Assembly: GCF_947568905.1 (NCBI RefSeq)
Contig: NC_079168.1
Location: 12,090,001-12,154,000 of the forward strand
Direction of reading: 5' to 3'
Length of the DNA stretch: 64,000 bases
From: Ostrea edulis
Taxonomy: Eukaryota
Positions 1 through 13,516 of this stretch are shown here, piece by piece. The translations under genes and the position numbers were made by a program. Under the pieces are notes generated by a model, which was not told the DNA's origin, did not search any database, and was given only the letters and a program-made list of their open reading frames with translations. The stretch's first letter is position 1. The number at the start of each line of letters is the position of its first letter.

Positions 1-399
1 AAACTGTCATTGATAAAAAGGTAAAGAAAATGCTAATGGACACTTTAGGTCTTCATATTATCTTTGATAGTTGCTTCTAAGATGCATATAGTCTACGTCT
101 TTGTCTACTAGGAAAAGCGAAACAGTTTTCGAAAGTCACCATCTCTTGTCAACATATCATACCATATGTAAAATTGAAGAAGCTATATTTCTCAAATAAA
201 ACATTTCATTCCCCTAAACTGTATGTACTTATATAAAAAAGACCACACTAAGACATTTAATATTAAAAAGATATGATTATAATCTGCCAATTATAAAGTC
301 TCCTAAATGAAGTACTGGCTGTATAAAAGTGGGCTTTTTCTGAGTACTACTGTTTTACCCCTACAGACAAATCTGTGAGTGTGGCCATATGAAATAATT

Positions 400-1580
400 T
401 CTTTCACAAAGACCTTGATTCAGAAAATTTTCAAAAAATTCCCAATTTTTTCTTTGACCTTGATCGCCAATATCTTCTCATCATTTCTGTAGGTCCCATA
501 TCTCTATCATACATGGTCTGAAGTTATATCAGTTCAAGATAAAAGGTCAAGGTCACTAGAGTCACTTATCCTTAATATTGATTTATAGGTCATGACATCC
601 TTTTATCACATCTGAAGATTTCATGTCTTTATCAGTCTTGGTTCTAAAGTAATGGGAGTTTTTAATTATCAAGGTCAAATGTCACTGGAGATAATTTGTT
701 TGTAGGTCACAACATCTTTTTATCATTTTTGAAGATTTCATGCCTCTAATTGGTCCTGGTTCTAAAGTAATTTAAGTTTTTATGATCATAGTGAAAGGTC
801 GAGGTCACAGGAGTCATTTGACCCCGATACTTTGTATTCTCTTATTTTGCATCTATTCTGAAGCTCCCAATTGTCTCTATCAATCTGGGTTCTAAAATTA
901 TACATGTACCAGTTTTATGTTATAGGTCAGAGGTCAAGATCACTGGAATCACTTGACCTTGATACTAATTTGTAGGTCCCATCATCCTTTCACCACTTTT
1001 GAAGAACCCATATCTCTATCAGATCTGGTTCTGAAGTAATACTAGTTGTATATTCAAGGTCAGAGGTCAAGATCACAAGAGTAACTTGCCCTTCATAATA
1101 ATTTGTAGGTCCTATCATGCTCTTATCATTTCTGAAGATTCCATGTCACTATTAGTCCTGGTTCTAAAATTATACTAATTTTTAAGTTCATGGTCAGAGG
1201 TCAAGGTCACAGGTTCCTTGACCTTGAGACTTGTTTGTAGGCCCTGTCATTCTCTTCTCATTTCTAAATAACCTGGACTCTATCATAATTGTCAAGTTAT
1301 ATCTGTTGAAATCTGAAATGTTTCTCCATAGAGTTCCATGTTATACCCCACCCCCATTTGATCCCCCTAAAATGTACCCCAACCCTTCAATCTGAAAAGA
1401 AAAACTTTTCTGCACAACTAGATACATTGGCCAATCAAATCCTTAAATATCTGATACTTTCAACAATGGGTTAAGGAGAACGGCTGCGGCCATTTTCAGG
1501 TGGGAGAAAGAAGAACAAGAAGCAGAAAGAATGAGAACCAAGTAAAAATACGTCTCTGAACTTCGTCTGGAGACTTGATA
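400..1580. repeat. Helentron/HINE-like element with about six diverged 125-134 bp internal tandem units
   Basis: AGGTCAAGGTCAC-containing units start at about 545, 668, 795, 923, 1057 and 1191. An AAG-rich microsatellite and a short terminal palindrome lie near 1510-1580. Confidence 0.5.
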
Positions 1581-3280
1581 AGACGAACGGAAATTACAGC
1601 AAAATGATTTTTGTTTGTGTCACATTTGTAGTCAATAATATGCAATCTACATTTCCACCATGAAAACCATTGTATCCTGGGATTTTCATCCACGGTTTTT
1701 TCTCAATTTGTTTGAATAAGCCAAGCGATGTTCCGATTGCTTCCTTGTGAAACACAGATGTGCATTCTATTAAATTTCCTCATATTAAAACTTCAATTGA
1801 GTCTCCCCCTCACTTTGTCTCCAATTGCCAACTCAAATGCACTGCGAGTTAGATCTGCAGGAGTTCTCCATAGCATAGGCCTAATTTGGAAAAATTTGTT
1901 TCCCAGTTATAGCAACATGGAAATTATTGAATTTCAAGAGAAATCATAGAAATTTTGAAATTCTAGAGCCAAAAAATGGCTACTGTTACATTTAATACTT
2001 TCCATTTGATGAAAATTGGCTTGTTCAGTCTTAGAAAATTTATTGAAAATCTAGAAATTCTAATGCTTGACACCTTGAATCAGATACAAGAGCATCACCC
2101 AGGTGACTCCCTAGACCTAGATGTAGCTATGTTTTCATAGTCGCATACATAATCTGCAATCATGCTTCACTATGTTGACTCACCAAAATGGGGTGAAAAC
2201 TTCATACAAACAGAAAGGGTTGACAATTAGTTTTTTTGTCTGGTCATATTCCTCATCTATTGAGGTGAATATCATCTTCACACTAACACCCAATGGGACC
2301 AGTCTCCAGGATTAGTATTTTGTTATGCATATAGCGATTAATAGTGCCATCTCCCCCTGGAGTTTTTAAAGATTGCATTACCCGTTACTTTTATATACTT
2401 TATGTATATGTAATATCAAGTTGCTTTGGTTTTCGATCAGCATTGGAAGAAAAAACCCAAGAATTTGTTCCCCATCCAATATGGCTGCAGTGATTGTAAT
2501 TTACCCAAATCCCATCCATTCCTCTAAAAATTCAGGTGATTAGCTTGATATCCATTTCTTTATGGTCAGAATCCTAATGAGTCTATGTTCATCCTCAGTG
2601 GCAACACTTTCTTTATGATATATTAAAACCCTCTCCGCATCAGGGGCTGTTATTCCTGTATGGCTATTTAAACTGATTTGTCTTTGTGCTAAGCCGTCTC
2701 ATGAGGTCTTCTTTAATTACTCCTGTGAGTGTATTTACTGAGAAGTCCAATCTCATCTGCCTCAATCAAATCAATTCGGAATCAGTGATTCAAAAAGAAA
2801 TTGATCAACGGTTGGAGTAACACAAAATGTGTTTGATTAAATCACACCAACTTCAACAAGTTTTCACAATTCAAATGAAAATATTACTTTAACTATTCAA
2901 TATACAAAGTAAAACCTTAGCCTAACTTGAACAAGAACAATGAGTTGGGGTGATTTCTCCAAATTAATTTCTATTTTTAGAGTACGATGAGTAGGAAAAC
3001 ATAAAGTATTCGTGAACCTAAAATCCATAAGATGGGTATTAATATTAGAGAGCAGCGTTTGCACTAGGAATTGTTGCAGAGGGACCTATTTCAGCACTGA
3101 GATGGACTTAGTCTTCTAAATGTACATACTTTTACCACAATCACGAATCCCTAAATTCATCTATGCAGTTACACAAGACTGCTAAAATATATATTTCTTT
3201 TCTTTCATAGAACACCTAATTGATGTCTAAAAGTTGTTAAACAAGAGGCACATGGGTCTTCAGGTCATACATGATGTCTG

Positions 3281-3442
3281 GGCTGCGTTCAAGATTGTAG
3301 CGGCTACAGAGGGCTCGGTACCGCTACAATCTTGAACGGTATGCTAGGCTAGCCCTATGTAGGGATATCAAGCGTTAAATAAATACAGTGCGTTTAATAT
3401 ACTTAGATATCTAGCCTAGCAGCTACGATCTTGAACGCAGCC
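3281..3442. mobile_element. PIF/Harbinger-like MITE (162 bp)
   Basis: TIR GGCTGCGTTCAAGAT(T/C)GTAGC at both ends, flanked by a 3-bp CTG duplication. Confidence 0.7.
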
Positions 3443-3582
3443 CTGACAATTTTTTTTACAAATATTTATCCATCTCCTAGATTTGAAGAGTTCTTGTATG
3501 ATTTTCAAAATAGGTTTAGATTTTACATTGTACGGTAGTAATATTACTATATCATACTTCATATATCGGCCTGGTTAGGTCA

Positions 3583-3833
3583 CAGTAGGTGAAGTATGGA
3601 TACTACCACCACCATCTTCTGATTTTTTTTGCAGCAATAATTTCTCTGAAATGTATGGATTCCCTGTCTATCTCATCCCAATTTACAAAAAGTGTGAAAC
3701 AATTACAAAAATTGAAATTGGGATGAGATAGACATGGAATCCATCCATTTTGGAGAAATTATCACTGCAAAAACAATCAGAAGGAGGGGGGGGGGGGGGG
3801 GGTGTAGTACTATCCATCCTTCAGGTGACAGCG
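3583..3833. mobile_element. Foldback MITE-like element
   Basis: About 3590-3685 is the imperfect reverse complement of about 3716-3825. Flanked by a GGTTAGGTCA direct repeat (3573-3582 and 3834-3843). Confidence 0.55.
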
Positions 3834-4363
3834 GGTTAGGTCATCATATAAAGTCAGATCACCTCATTAGTAATGCAAAGCTCCCAGATTGTCTTTCATA
3901 GATCCACACACAAAAACCAGCTTGGAAATTCAAGAGGGTGGAGTGACTGTCAAAACTATTCTATGCTAAGGAGGGGTCTACGTCAGTTCATATTCGTGAT
4001 TTACCACACATCTGTTGTATCATGTTGCATTAGTGTTTTAAAAAGGTGTCTTCACATACCTTGAAAGAGTTTCTCAAATTAACACGAAATCATTTAATTA
4101 TGAAAGATACGGTGATATGTATTAAGTACAGTTGTCAAAGACGCCGAAAATATGCAACTTTGGATAAAAAACACAAATCTCAACAATTTATTTCATTGAA
4201 ATAAAAATTTGCGTGCAGTAAATTTGAAATTGGGATCTCAGCTGATTCAGCAATCCGATACTTTATCCACTGAGCTACGATGATAGACAAACAAATCGAT
4301 CAATACAAATAATTTCACAAAACATTTAAATCACCATCTTGTGACATAATGTCATAAAAAGTG

Positions 4364-7300
4364 GGCATACTATAAAACCTGGCCTGGCCCCATTGGCCTG
4401 GCCTGGCCTCAAAATTGGCCTGGCCCCAATTTGGCCTCTAATTATGCTCCATCCCAAATTTTGGCCTGGCCTCCAAAGTTGGCCTGGCCTCAAATTTGGC
4501 CTCTAAAAAAATGTTTGGCCTCAACCAAAAAAAATTTTTTTAATTCAAAATTTTGATTGATTTGATTGATTTATCATTGGTTTTAGTTTTTCAAAGTCAT
4601 AGCACATAAATAATACGTTTCTGTTGTTTTGTAAATGTGCACTTTACAATAATCATGAACTAACACCAATCTTATTGATTTTATTGATTATCTATTGATC
4701 AGTGTATTGAATAAATCATTTTCTTTTCCCTTCACAACAAAACCGATTGCACAACTAATGAAACAATTGGCATATTGATTTTGTTTCAGAATTATGATTA
4801 ATTTCATTGATTTATTATTTGTGTTAGTTTTTCAAAGTTGTAGAAATAAAATGATATACCGTAAAGTATCGAGTATTGTGCGCACTTGTGTACAATGCGC
4901 ACCCCCCACTTTGAAAAAAAAATGTCTGGAAAAACCTTAGTCCTATGTATTGTGCGCATTAAAAAAATTGATAGAATGAGTGTGCAAATTTCAGAAATTA
5001 AGGTTAAATTCCGCAGGATGAATTCAAAAATTTGTATTCACGCATTATTTGTGTCCGTAACTACCGATACTTCTGAGTATACGCATATACACTGTACCTA
5101 CCGATTTTTCCAAGTTGCCATTCTTCATAAATTAATCCAAAATAATACAGCTTCAACAGGAGCGTATATTAAATAAACAACAAATTACGAAGAAAAATGA
5201 ATTTATTTCTTTTCTTTCAGTCCTACTTAGCGGCCATTCACTGCCATACTGTCATATAGGTACTAGTTTATATTAGCCGGGCCGACCACAAGTTTACCCG
5301 GTAAACAAATATGGCGGCGGCAACCAAGAAAATACGAAGTTTGTTTTCAAACACTTGTTTTCAAAATAATTTAGTATGTAAATGTTCAGTCTAGGTGCTT
5401 GTAATTGCTATACGTGCATTAGCATACAAATAACGCGATTAAAACCCGGCAGTATTTTGCATAGAGCAAACTGACAAGAGCTATGACAGCGAAAATCGTC
5501 ACTGGTGACATGAACTAAAACCTGTAAAAAAAGGATTTTATATTTAGTCCCATGGATTGTGCGCACCCCCCACTTTCTGGGTAAGAAATTCTGGAAAAAA
5601 CTGCGCACAATACTCGATACTTTACGGTATGTACATTAGAATAAACATGAAATACTACCAACCTGATTGATTTCATTGATTATCTATTGTTTAGCTTATA
5701 GACAAAATCATTTGCTTTTCCCTTCCTAACTTATGTACTAGTACACCAAAAAGTATACTGATGAAATGATTGATTTATTGATATATTTTGTATTCAATAG
5801 AATTCAATTTGATATCAATTTACATATTATGAAAGTGTTACAATTGTGTTGTCATTATAATGAGCAGCGCACATTCAGAACAGAGCATGTGGTCTTAATG
5901 TTTTCAATGTGCAGATACCACGCATTTAGTGTTACTTGTTTAATTTCCAATGCATGATAAATGACATTTTAAAAAAAATCAAAATAAACATAGTGAAGTG
6001 TTTGCTAGCATAATGATAAAAGCCAATGATTTAAGGATTTTAGATTTGTATTTTAGTCTTCTATACTTTACGTAGAATGAACAATGTAGATTAAAACGGA
6101 TATGATGTATTATAAACATTTCTTTCTTGATTTCATAATTAAGTTTCAATATTCACTACAAAAGTGACAAGTTCCCATGCTCTGAAGGCCTGCCCTGTCA
6201 GGATAAAGGGAATATCTATCACCATATTAAAGGATGGTGATGAAAACTTTTGCTGAAGTTGGAAATTCCATTGTACAGAAACAATGGAGCAGTCCAACAT
6301 TTGCAAATAGGGTGTGTTTGATACAACAGAAATATTTTAATTAGTAACTCATCTTATGATTGTGCTTAAACTAAATAAGGTATACAAAATTGTCTGTCTG
6401 AATTTTCAAAATTGTGATTTTTTTTTTCTGGTTTTGTGATAAAGCAACAGTAAAACAGAACTAATTACAATCTGTCCACCGGCCCTTTTCTTATTTTATA
6501 TCAAAGCCTGCATTAGTTAACAAAAAATTCGTTTGTATCTCTATCTAATCACTGCAGCAGCTATATCTAAGCAAATATCAGATACATATAATGCTCATAA
6601 TATTGTCTTATAATGGAGAAAAAAAGTTTATGCATCTACAAATTCACAAAGAGCAGCTTTAATTTTGTTCTTAATGTTTTTAGACTTTCATCAAAATCAT
6701 CTTTTCATTCTGATAACTAATGAAAATAAATGTATCTGTGCAGAGCTGTGTGACATTTCAAACCGTATACCATAGCTTAACCTCAACCTTGACTTCCTGT
6801 CAAGACCCGTGCTGTAGAACTCTGTGTTAAATTAATGTTGTAAATAATCTGATATCCCACTGCAGTGCTAGTGTTACATGTTTATTTCAAATAGTTTAAA
6901 CAGATGTGGACATCCTTAATTCATCAAAAGTTGTAGTTTCAATCTATATGATTTATGGTAGTATTTTATACCTAGATATCAAACTCATTGTTCTTATCAA
7001 TGAGAGTGATTAAGGCGGTACACTACATTGCAGTGTGTGAAGTGTGATGATTCATCATTAAACTAGTGTGAATTTGTTTTTGTTTTTAATTCATTATCAA
7101 TAAGTGAAGTGGATCATTAGTAAAATGAGAGTTTTCAATGTGCATATTTACAAAACAACACAAACATATCATTTATGTACAACAATTTTGAAAAATCAAA
7201 ATCAATAATAAAACAATAGAGTCAATCATAATTGTGAAAAAAATCAATAAGCCAATAATTTCATTACTTCCGTATACTTTTTTGGTGTGTACTAGTACAT

Positions 7301-7931
7301 ATGTTAGGAAGGGGAAAATCATTTAATCAATCAACTGATCAATAGATATTCAATAAAATCAATCAGATTGGTGGTAGTTCATGATTATTTTGATGTGCAC
7401 ATTCACAAAATAACACAAACATATCATTCATGTTCAACAATTTTGAAAAAACAAAACCAATAATAAATCAATGAAATTAATCATAATTCTGAAAAAAAAA
7501 ATCACTATGCCAATCTTTCATTAGTTATATATACGTTTTTTGGTGTGTACTTAGTACATACAGATATGAAGGGAAAAGATTTGATCAATAAACTGATCAA
7601 TAGATATTCGATAAAATCAATCGGATGGGTGGTAGTTCATGATTATTTTAAAGTGCACATTTACAAAACAACAGAAACATATAATTTATGTGCTATGACT
7701 TTGAAAAACTAAAACCAATAATAAATCAATGAATTCAATCGAAATTTTGAATAAAAAAATTTTTTTTGGTTCAGGCCAAAAAATTTTCTAGAGGCCAAAT
7801 TTGAGGCCAGGTCAACTTTGGAGGCCAGGCCAAAATTTGGGATGGAACATAATTAGAGGCCAAAATTGGGGCCAGGCCAATTTTGAGGTCAGGCCAGGCC
7901 AATGGGGCCAGGCCAGGTTTTATAGTATGCC
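4364..7931. mobile_element. Non-autonomous Mutator-like (MULE) foldback element, 3.57 kb
   Basis: Long TIRs begin GGCATACTATAAAACCTGGCC and contain GGCCT subrepeats. Exact 9-bp TSD TAAAAAGTG (4355-4363, 7932-7940). No transposase ORF. Confidence 0.85.
4859..5627. mobile_element. Tc1/mariner-superfamily (Tc2/pogo-like) MITE nested in the MULE
   Basis: TIR CCGTAAAGTATCGAGTATTGTGCGCA at both ends, with a TA target duplication. Confidence 0.8.
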
Positions 7932-8489
7932 TAAAAAGTGTAAGTCTTCCTGCAGTGACTCTCAGCATGAAAGTTAATTTATTACAGATCCTATTACATG
8001 TCGTAAAATCCAAAACTGACAGTCCATATCACTAATATGATCTCAATATAGTTCTAATACTGACATTGAAGGCAACATAAGCTGAAGCAAAGCATAGCTA
8101 AGTTCAGTGTCCAACCTTACAACTGGTAAATGAAAATGACTCTCATGACAAAAGTGAAATTGACAACATTGAAGTATTCAGAATCATTGTATATGCCAAA
8201 GTTTAAAAACAAACCATGTTGATGAGTTGAAGTCCGTAAATCTGTCAATTACCTCCTTAGAGATTCCAGATGTTTTAATTAAATAAATTACCTCTTGACT
8301 GGGTGTTTAGATGAGTGCCCAATCACTAAAACACAGTTCATCATAAATGGTAAAGTTCATTAACAAGAATATCAGTAAAACTGATGGATGCTCCCCAAAA
8401 TACGTCTAACCAATGAACCTCTTCATATGACGAATGACTCGCACAATGATTAATAACTGTTGAAATATTGTTGAAATGAAGGTTTCTTT

Positions 8490-8965
8490 TTCATTTATAA
8501 GATATGTGTTGAGTGGCGTTGACCTTTACAAAATGACCTTGAGTGCCTTTGTCTGAAAGCCATCTCCCTATTACTTATTTGTGTGATATATGATCAATAC
8601 CTGTTTTAAAATAAGGCACTTTTTCCTTATATAAGATATATGTTCTGAGTGACCTTGACCTTTCAAAAATGACCTTGGTCCAAAAGTCTCTGTCTCAAGA
8701 AATATTTATGATCAATTATGATCAATTTCTGATAAAAGGTTTAGGAGATGGGAACTTGTATATCAAAAACTGTTGAAATATAAAATTTTATATGTTCTGT
8801 GTGACCTGGACCTTTCCAAAATGACCTTGAAGAGACCTTGGTTCAAAAGTTCTTGTCTCAAGGAACATTTGTGATAATTTCTAATAAAAGTTTTAGGAAT
8901 TATGAGCTCGGACGGACAGACATGACGGCGACTATATGCTCCCCTGAAATTTTTCAGGGAGCATG
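8490..8965 (+). repeat. HINE-like repeat
   Basis: GACCTTGACC core motifs, a GGAC microsatellite and a terminal hairpin TGCTCCCCTGAAA/TTTCAGGGAGCA. Confidence 0.45.
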
Positions 8966-11162
8966 AAAAGAAAGAACAATACTCTAGGTAATTATCTACT
9001 TCAGTTTAAAGCACTTTAATAGATATTCTCATTGACTGAACAGATTTCTTCTACTAACAAACTAAAATAGAAATTATGAAAAATAAAAATCTTAACATGA
9101 TTTATACTGTACTTTTGATAATACTGAAGACATATTTATGGAATAAAGTTTGACAAATAAAGTCTTTCCAGTGGAAAATTTTGATGAGTAAAATATCGCT
9201 AGTATAAATATTGTACTGTATCAGAAAAATTAGGCTAATTCACACCCCTATCCACAGTACCAAGTTTACTCAATGTAAGGATGAAAACCAACTTCAAAGT
9301 TTGTTGGATAAATGTGAACAACATGGAGGTGTTACCTTACGGAATGTCATAAAATTTTTGGTATGTAATGTAAATCAAACTGACAACTTTAGAGGCTGTC
9401 CTCAAGACTAAATCAGCTGGAGACGTGCTACTTGAAGTTGTAAAAAGGGAAAATTTTACTGCTTGAAATCTAAGGTCCATGGGAATTTTGTATAATAAAA
9501 TGATTTCATATCTTGTCCCTTTGCTTTTAAAAGTTTTATTTTCATTGACATAGGAAATTACGAATGTCCCATCTGGTCCCCTAATCCTATCTAAAACGAT
9601 CTCCATTTACACATATGATGGTATGTGTACATTACAATTCTCATCTAAAACTAATCTATGTGTATTTATCTTAGTGAGATTCATATTTTAGCATCTTTGG
9701 TTTTGAAATAAATGCATTAACTTTTATGGTTTACACTGAAATATGAAATTATCTATATATCCACTTATCATTGAAAACAGTAGTGATAACTCATGACAAG
9801 CTTTTAGCGATCATTCAAATCCATTCTTAATTGTAAATGTAGGCGTTTTAGAGTGGTGAATGTGAAATTTTAACTTGTTCACACAAATCGTTTGACCTAC
9901 TATGTTCAAATTCAAATGCAGATTGTGGAGGCATTGTCTCTTGATGTCTGTGAGGAAATTGTTCAAGACCAGCCAAACTGATAATCATGATGTCATAATG
10001 AATTAAATTTTTTAACTTTGGTTGATTGAATGAAAAATTTATTACATACATCGATTCTGCGGGCTTGCTGGATTTTAGCAGGGCTGACAGAATTTAGAGT
10101 TGTAAGCCCTAATGGTCCATCTCGATTTTTTTCTGAGTTTTGTACACTGCAATGTGAGTTAAATTTCGTGGAAATTTTTCGAATTATGAACAAATTAAAT
10201 GATTTACTTACAGCATACAGAAACTGTGTGTTGTATGCTGGATCACTGCCTTTGATGTGTCGTTCTATTTCTGAAAATAATAAAACAATATCTAGACAAT
10301 CGTCACAGTTTAATTTACAAAATAACATTAAAATGGTCAGGTATAATGATAAACTGAACAAAATTTGTCAGAAGAAAACAGAACTCACTGTGCAAGGTTA
10401 AATGGGTGTGGAGAGGGGGGGGGAGCAAGAGAGAGAGAAAGTAGTATAAAATGTTTCAGAATGATATTGTGTGTCAATAGACTACTTGAGTAAAAGGATA
10501 ACTTTTTTTCAATGAGGTTCATATAACTCTGAATATCAGAATCACATCATATCTTATAGAAGAGCCAAGACATCTGAATTAAGTTGCAATGAAATGAAGC
10601 ACCAAATACAATCGCTGAGTAATGGTCCTGTCATAAGTCCCTAACCCGATCACTCATCCATAAAATAAAGGTCAGTTGCAGCATCTGAATTATTAATGGT
10701 TGTGTCCATAGAAAATACTGTTGCTGTGAATAGGCTCGCCTGAAAAAACTCGAACAAGTTCACTCATCCGAAAAATGTAGGTCAAAAGCAGCATCCGAAT
10801 CATTAGTGATTGACTGTGTATTAGTAGATGCACACATGCAAATTTGAATCATGTAAGTAAAATAGGTTCTTGAAATTAAACTACAAACTCATTAACTTGT
10901 CAGATCTGCAGCAACCATGAACGGTTGGATAATGCATATACTTCTACTTTTATGAATCACCTACTCAAGTTTGAATCATGTAGGACTAATATTTATGTGT
11001 ACATACATTTGAAAAATTTAAACCTGCTGTTCAGATGCTGATGATATACAATAGCTCTTCGGACATTCTGACCAGGCTTGGATTTCTCGAAAAAATCTCA
11101 AACTTAAGTTAGAGTTTTCTTTCATTTGAGCAATCAAAATTTGAGTAAAATCTCAGACTTAA

Positions 11163-13227
11163 GGTAATTCCCCATACCACATCTTAGTATTGAAAAAACC
11201 TACAGATTTCTATCAAAATTTGCATGTATTTTGTTGAGGATGTGTATTGACCAAATTCCCGAAGAAAAATATGTTTAGCGGCCTTTCCCAGAGTACAGCC
11301 ACTTCTAAAATTAGAACACATCACTTTAAAACAAGCAGTGTTAATATACATACATTTTAAGACACTGTCTTTATTTAAACGATAGAAATATGTTTCTTTC
11401 ATATGATTTGAAGAAAATGTATTGCATTTGACTGTTTTCAATAATTTTTCATCTACTGAACCATGTTCTTGGTTTCAAGGTGATGAAATGCACGTATAGT
11501 AGTCAAATTTTGACTAATCATAGCCTACCATATCCGGAAAATTGTGCTTTCAAAAACCTTCAGATTTTTTAAACATTTCAATATGTTTTACATTTACACT
11601 CCAGCAATCATTTGACATAAGAAGTAGATAGGATATCGGATAATTTGAGAGTCCAACGACCCCCTCTAGGTTAAAAACCTTGAAAAAACGCATGTTGGAA
11701 AATGGTGTCTAAAATTCCTATCTCTGCAAACATGTTCCATTCATCATTTACATTACTAAATTATCATTTCAAGAAATATTACAAGGTGGTTTTTGAAAAA
11801 CAGTTTAAAACATTAAAGCTTCAAATAGCTAAAAACCACTTTCATTGATTGCTGCAAGCTTTACGGATCGGGCTTGAAGTTAGAAAAATCCTAACTTTAC
11901 TATGGAGCTTACTAAATCCATATCCTACGTCACATGAACACTGACATGACGTCACAATAGATGAAAAAATAAAATTATCTCGCCAGCAAACTCCCCGTCG
12001 AGGCTTCATTACGTCACCTACGAATTTGGTTTGTGAGCAAACGAACTCTGGTGGAAGTTTGATCTCGCCAGATCTAGTTGGAACAAAGTGATATAGATCA
12101 GAATGATTTTTACATTTTTAACGCTCATTCAGAGAATGCTAACCTATGCTCAAGGTACAAATTTTGGGAAATTCCAATATTTTAAAACACCCGAATTCTG
12201 CATTCCCCGCCCCCTTGGTAATTTTTAGTTCCTGGTAGTTTTTAACAATACGATACAGCCATGCGATGTGAGTCTTAACGACATGTAACTACCGCGTACA
12301 TTCCGAATCGTTTTAATCAAAACATCAGTAAAGGTCATGTCCGGCCAGAAAAGTGTTTTAGATGAAAGAAAATTGCATTACAACACCCACGATCCATACT
12401 GTAGCACAAGAACACAAACAAAGGACACCTAGGCCTAGTCTAGATAGGGCCTAAATATGTGACAAATCTGTCAGCGTATGTTCTAAATTGAACACCCAGA
12501 AATCATTAGACACAACAGAGATATGCACATACATTGTACATGTACATGCACATTTATTATGAATTCGGAGGGCATTGGAAGCAATTTTTGTCGTGTAAAT
12601 AAATATAAAAACTATGATTTGCAGGGGGGGGGAGTTTACAATGTCAGTATAGCTTTAGATTATGCATATATTTTATTAAAATCATGACAACATCGGTATT
12701 ATTCTTTCAGGTTTAAATAAATTAAAGGGAAAACATAACAAAAATATGTGACTGTCAGTATATGTAGCACACAAAAATTAGCATTTTGTTGAATAGGAGA
12801 TTCGATATTTCTACCCATCATTAATGATCAGAAATCACACAAAACAAACGGCCTACAATAGATACATTGAAAGTTGGCAACACGATTTAACATCATAATC
12901 TGTAATATTTGCAGAAATCTCACGGGAATTACTGAACGACTGTGTGTCATAACGCAATGTGTATGGAGAGTTTACGACTTCGCCATGTATATAACTATAA
13001 GTATTTTCTCTCCCGAACGTTGTCTTGTATAAAACCGGCTTGTTTTATTATTGCGATTCGTATGTTGTTTTTTAATTCTAAATTTTTGTTGTTTGCATTC
13101 AAACAATCAGTCTTAATATGGTCTACAAAATTCACCAAAATGCCATCGGGTTCGTTGAATGTGTGATAACGTTCGTGACTCGTGAATAACGTTTCTAACG
13201 TTATTTGACGTGGTATGGGGAATTACC
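11163..13227. mobile_element. Kolobok-like non-autonomous element (2.07 kb)
   Basis: 18-bp perfect TIR GGTAATTCCCCATACCAC with a TTAA duplication on both sides. No coding capacity seen. Confidence 0.78.
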
Positions 13228-13516
13228 TTAAGTTCAAGTTTTGACTTAATTTTTTAAAAAGAAATCCTGGCCAGATGAGCTAAATATGCCTTTGAATTTA
13301 GTATTAATTTATACCTTTATGTTAAAAACCCCCTCACGAGTGAAAACTTCTCATACAGAATTTTCCAACTTTCCTAAACAATGAATTTGAAAACTATTGA
13401 ACTTGTTCTATCAATCTTGTGCTATACAGTCTCTTAATGTAACAGCATAGAATTAACTTCAATTCTTTACCAGCAATGTAAAAATAGGTTTTAAATTCAG
13501 TATGTACACACTATGT

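Noticed and set aside
9330-9500. Death-effector-domain-like pseudogene (VIKFLVC...EAVLKTKSAGDVLLEVV)
   Set aside because: Needs a frameshift and a stop, and the resemblance is by eye only. An HMM search is required.
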